Positions 60,423-64,000 of a DNA stretch of 64,000 nucleotides are shown one piece after another. Positions within the stretch are counted from its first letter, which is position 1. Each line of letters opens with the position of its first letter. Source of the DNA: Nemertoderma westbladi. Its lineage: Eukaryota; Animalia; Xenacoelomorpha. The DNA is taken from assembly GCA_032718475.1 (NCBI GenBank), contig JAUCBJ010005597.1, forward strand, positions 389 to 64,388, written 5' to 3'. The notes beneath the pieces were generated by a model. The model was not told the DNA's origin. It saw nothing but the letters and a program-made list of their open reading frames with translations, and did no database searches. Position numbers and translations under genes: made by a program.

Positions 60423-62849
60423 GGGAGGGGTGGGGTTGGGTTGAATGGGTCGTTGGGCTAAATGGGCCTATTCTATATTTTCTGTCATATTTCGAAAAAT
60501 ACGTACGATGACCACAATAATTTAATTGTTTCTCGTACCGGTCCGGTAGTCTAATAAATTTCCTTTTTATTGACCTATAATATGTTGGCATTTGAAGTTT
60601 ACTTCATGTAAATTATTGCTGGTACCGCCATAAAAACAGTCAATTTTGCTAAGCGATTTTCTGTGTTCTGGTTGGTGTGGGACGTTGAAGAATGGATTGT
60701 TGAGGTTCCCCATTTACCAAGCTATCGTTTCATATACAGTAGTGTATCATGGAGCGTTTTAAACGAGGAGAAACGATCAATTTGTAAAACGGGGGGAAAT
60801 GGGTCTATCTGAATTTTTTAGGGCTAGAGTTCCGTATAGAACTGCATTTTTAAAACATATGCCATTGTTACTATGGCATCATTGAAGAGTTCTAGAACAA
60901 TAGAAAAGTATTATATACTATTCTAGAACATAAATAAAGTAAAAAATATAATGTTCTAGAACATATAGCTCGTTTTTTTTTTAATTTTAAAATAGCTAGT
61001 AAATTTAAAAAAATATCCAATTTGGTAGATAAATTTTATAATAAATAAATAATATAAATAAATACATTTTTTTGTATTACTAGCTTTTTTAAATTTGAAA
61101 AATAACTAGCTATATTTTCTAGAACATTATATTATTTGTATTATTTATATATATAAAAAATATATATATTTATATAAGTTTAAATTAAGTTAAGAAAGTT
61201 AGGGAATATGACTGTAGGGTGTGAGATGAAGTTGTTTTAGTATAATAATATTTTAAGAATTCAAAAGGTGACAACTTATATGATCAATCACTAAAAATTT
61301 AATTTTTTATTATTAGCTTTCGATAGCTCTCTATATCTTTTTCAAATAAACGATATTCTAGAATTATTGCACTACAAATAATAATACTACCCTAGCAACT
61401 AATGTTTGTTAAATCTGTGAATCTTTAATCTTTATAATTCTTAAGGATTGAAAACATCAAGTCCAAAGTTATTGATCACCACCTCGTTGAGAACATTCAA
61501 ACCCGTTGGTTGTAAAGTTTCCAACCGACACTGCCATTCTCCTTCTTGGGAATGGCAGTGCCGGTTGGAAACTTTACAACCAATGGGTTTGAATGTTTTA
61601 ATTAACGGTTATCCTTTAAAGTTTGGATCAGGCCAGAGTACGGTACTAACAGTTGAAGAAGAAAGGCAAATCGTGGAAGCGATTTTGTTCATTGGAAAAT
61701 GCGGGTTACCGGTGGATATAGAAGTGACGTTAAAGGTATGGTAAAGTCTTTCGTAGTTGCCTTTGGAAGAAAGAATCCTTTTAAAGGATTGGGCAAAGAT
61801 TGGGTTTTGCAGTTTGAAGCGAGAAACCAGGAGCTATTCCGTCGTAAATCCGAGCTATTGACCAAAGCAAAAGCTAAAGCGGTTTCTAATGAAATTTTAT
61901 CTGAGTTTTTTTACTAAATTTGAAGATATTTTGAAGGCTAATGATTTGTCGGATAAGCCTGCCCGTATCTTTAATCTGGATGAAATCGGATTGAACACAA
62001 ATCCTTGTGACGGAAAGGTTTATCTCCAGTCGGGTTCTCGAGATTGTTATCAAATGGCGCCAACTTGGACTGGGACTTGTACAACTGGGACTCTGGATGT
62101 TAGTCGAGGTGGCCGGAAGTCGTGGAGGATCAAATAATTATGTTTCTAAGGTTATTGAGGTAAATAATGATAACATGGAGATTACTGTACATTAGGCATC
62201 GCGTGTAAAAGCTTGCAACAAGATTGAAGTTAGTGTTACGGTTGTACTAGCGGATCCACCGGAGTATGGTTGTCATTCATTCTCGGAGATTAGGAGAAAG
62301 TTAAATATACCAGTTGCGTCAGTAGGTAGGCCTACTAAACGTGTGCAACGCACGTTTTGCTTTGAAATAAACACCTTCGGAGAAGAAGACCTTCATTGTT
62401 TCTGCCTTGAACTTTTAAATAATATTTAGGACTCTTATTTAGGAGAACATTATTAATATTAAATTTAATATTTTGAACTTACATTTTGACAAAATATAAG
62501 TTAAAATGTATACAATCTATATATCAAATTTTTGCAAATTTTGTTCTGCTTTTCAACGACCCATTCAACCCGCTTTAAATCCCACAATATATAGCTAATT
62601 TTGCCAAAGATTCAACAGTCCCATTTAACCCCACACTTGACCCATTTTTCCAGACGATTCATTACTTCTAAAAACTGAAATATCTTTCCATAGAATAGTT
62701 CTCTACTGTCGATTCTTATAAATTCAGAAACTAGAATAATACAATGTTACGTTAGATAATGTTTTTATTTCATAATGAAAGATCAAAAGCAAAAAATAGT
62801 CATTAAAAAAATGATCCATTCAACCCCCTCCCCCCCCCCCCCCCCCCCC
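60423..62849 (+). mobile_element. Decayed pogo/Tc1-mariner-superfamily DNA transposon
   Basis: TA|ggg...gggttgaatgg ... ccattcaacccc...ccc|TA ends. Frameshifted transposase at 61600-62070: GQSTVLTVEEERQIV..I..CGLP, NPFK.LGKDWV..F..RN, RIFNLDEIG (CENP-B HTH plus the first catalytic Asp of DDE_1). Confidence 0.8.
61492..61597. repeat. Near-perfect ~106-bp hairpin
   Basis: aacattcaaacccgttggttgtaaagtttccaaccgacactgccattctc-cttctt-gggaatggcagtgccggttggaaactttacaaccaatgggtttgaatgtt. Confidence 0.9.
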
Positions 62850-64000
62850 TAGGTTGTTTGGCTTTGTATTATTCATTTTATTCTATAATTATATATTTTT
62901 GTTGCTATGGTTAGCAACATAAATAAAATAAATTTCAATTAATTTCAATTCTTTCTTATTGTAATGATTATTTATTTCTTATTCTTATTGACAAATATAT
63001 TTGAGGATTAAATTACATTTTTATTTTTTTACTATGGCTAATAAAAAGTACTAGCTAACACAAAATCAAAATTACTAGCTACCATCTTTTTGTCAGATGG
63101 TAAAATATTTGTTCTAGAACAAAAAACGTAATAATAAAAGCAGACATTTTACAAGAAAAAGTTAGTCCATTTTTTTTTTAATTTTTCAATTATGATTTTT
63201 TCACTAGGTAATATAAAGTACTAGCTAACACAAAATCAAAATTACTGGCTACCTTACTGTCAGAATGTCTAATATTTGTTCTAGAACAAAAAACCTCATG
63301 ATATAAACCGATAATCACTAATAATTTTATCATTTTTTTTTAAATTTTGGCATATATACTATACTAATGCCGTACTAATGTTCTAGAACACAAAAAAGCA
63401 GTATTTTTATAAATAAAAAAACAATATGTAGGGGCTAATATATACCGTAATAAATCATGTATCAAAAAATTAAAACAAAAAATAACTAGCTAGTCGATTA
63501 GCTAATGTTCTAGAACACAATATTTTTTTGAAAATTAAGTTGCAATGAAGTCGTTGGTAATATTACTATGCAAAAAGTACATAATTTCATTAATTACTAT
63601 CAAATGCGACTGCATACGGAACTTTAGCCAAAAAAACGCACATAAAACGCATACAAAAAAATCAACATTTGAGCTACTAATAAAGCTAGTAATAAAAAAA
63701 GACATGCCGCCGCAGTGTTTTACTTTTTGTTTCCCAAATATTCCGACGCAGTCCTATTTCCACTTCCCAAAGACAACTCGTTATGAGTCAGGATACAACA
63801 ACATAGACAAGGACACTACACTCTACTAAATCGAGTTTTAAGTTAGTTTATGTGTATATAATTATTATTAGGTAATTTAATTATAATTCTGGAACGTTTT
63901 AATCATAACAACAAATTATGAGTAATACCAGTGTACTAAATAACTTACACTACCCTTATAAAAATTCGCATATTAAGGGTCCCATATTACCGTGGCAACA

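Larger units (their letters stand above)
58400..63700. repeat. AT-rich modular repeat field built on gttctagaac / tagctag motifs (foldback-type element debris)
   Basis: Dozens of (t)gttctagaac(a) palindromes. Inverted pairs at 58426/59186 (gttccg..cgtgccaacatttt) and 59980/63602 (gttccgtatgcagtcgcattt). Confidence 0.65.

Overview
This is AT-rich eukaryotic (animal, probably marine invertebrate) genomic DNA, not prokaryotic. The main gene is a complete AP-3 complex mu subunit (AP3M1/mu3) on the minus strand, CDS 42259 to 13544. I assembled it by hand from 10 exon positions (1254 nt, 417 aa), and the ORF track misses most of it. Its most striking features: (1) exon 5 exists as two tandem homologous copies with identical phases (27393-27519 canonical, 25464-25593 divergent), which look like mutually exclusive exons that swap the NEAYFD cargo-binding strand for NEALVD; (2) a 48-bp minisatellite built from the exon 8/intron junction gives 17 in-frame 5' splice donors including the native one; (3) a GC-AG intron; (4) introns that are about 60% intron-specific minisatellite or satellite DNA. 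The window also holds the 5' part of a calcineurin-B/CHP-like EF-hand gene, an intronless TMEM70 and an intronless, motif-degenerate SLC6 transporter. Mobile DNA includes RTE LINEs (one nested in a piggyBac-type element), tRNA-derived SINEs, MITEs, a Helentron-type element carrying a 315-bp satellite, a pogo-like remnant and several long hairpins. All homology calls come from reading translations by eye; no database searches were run.
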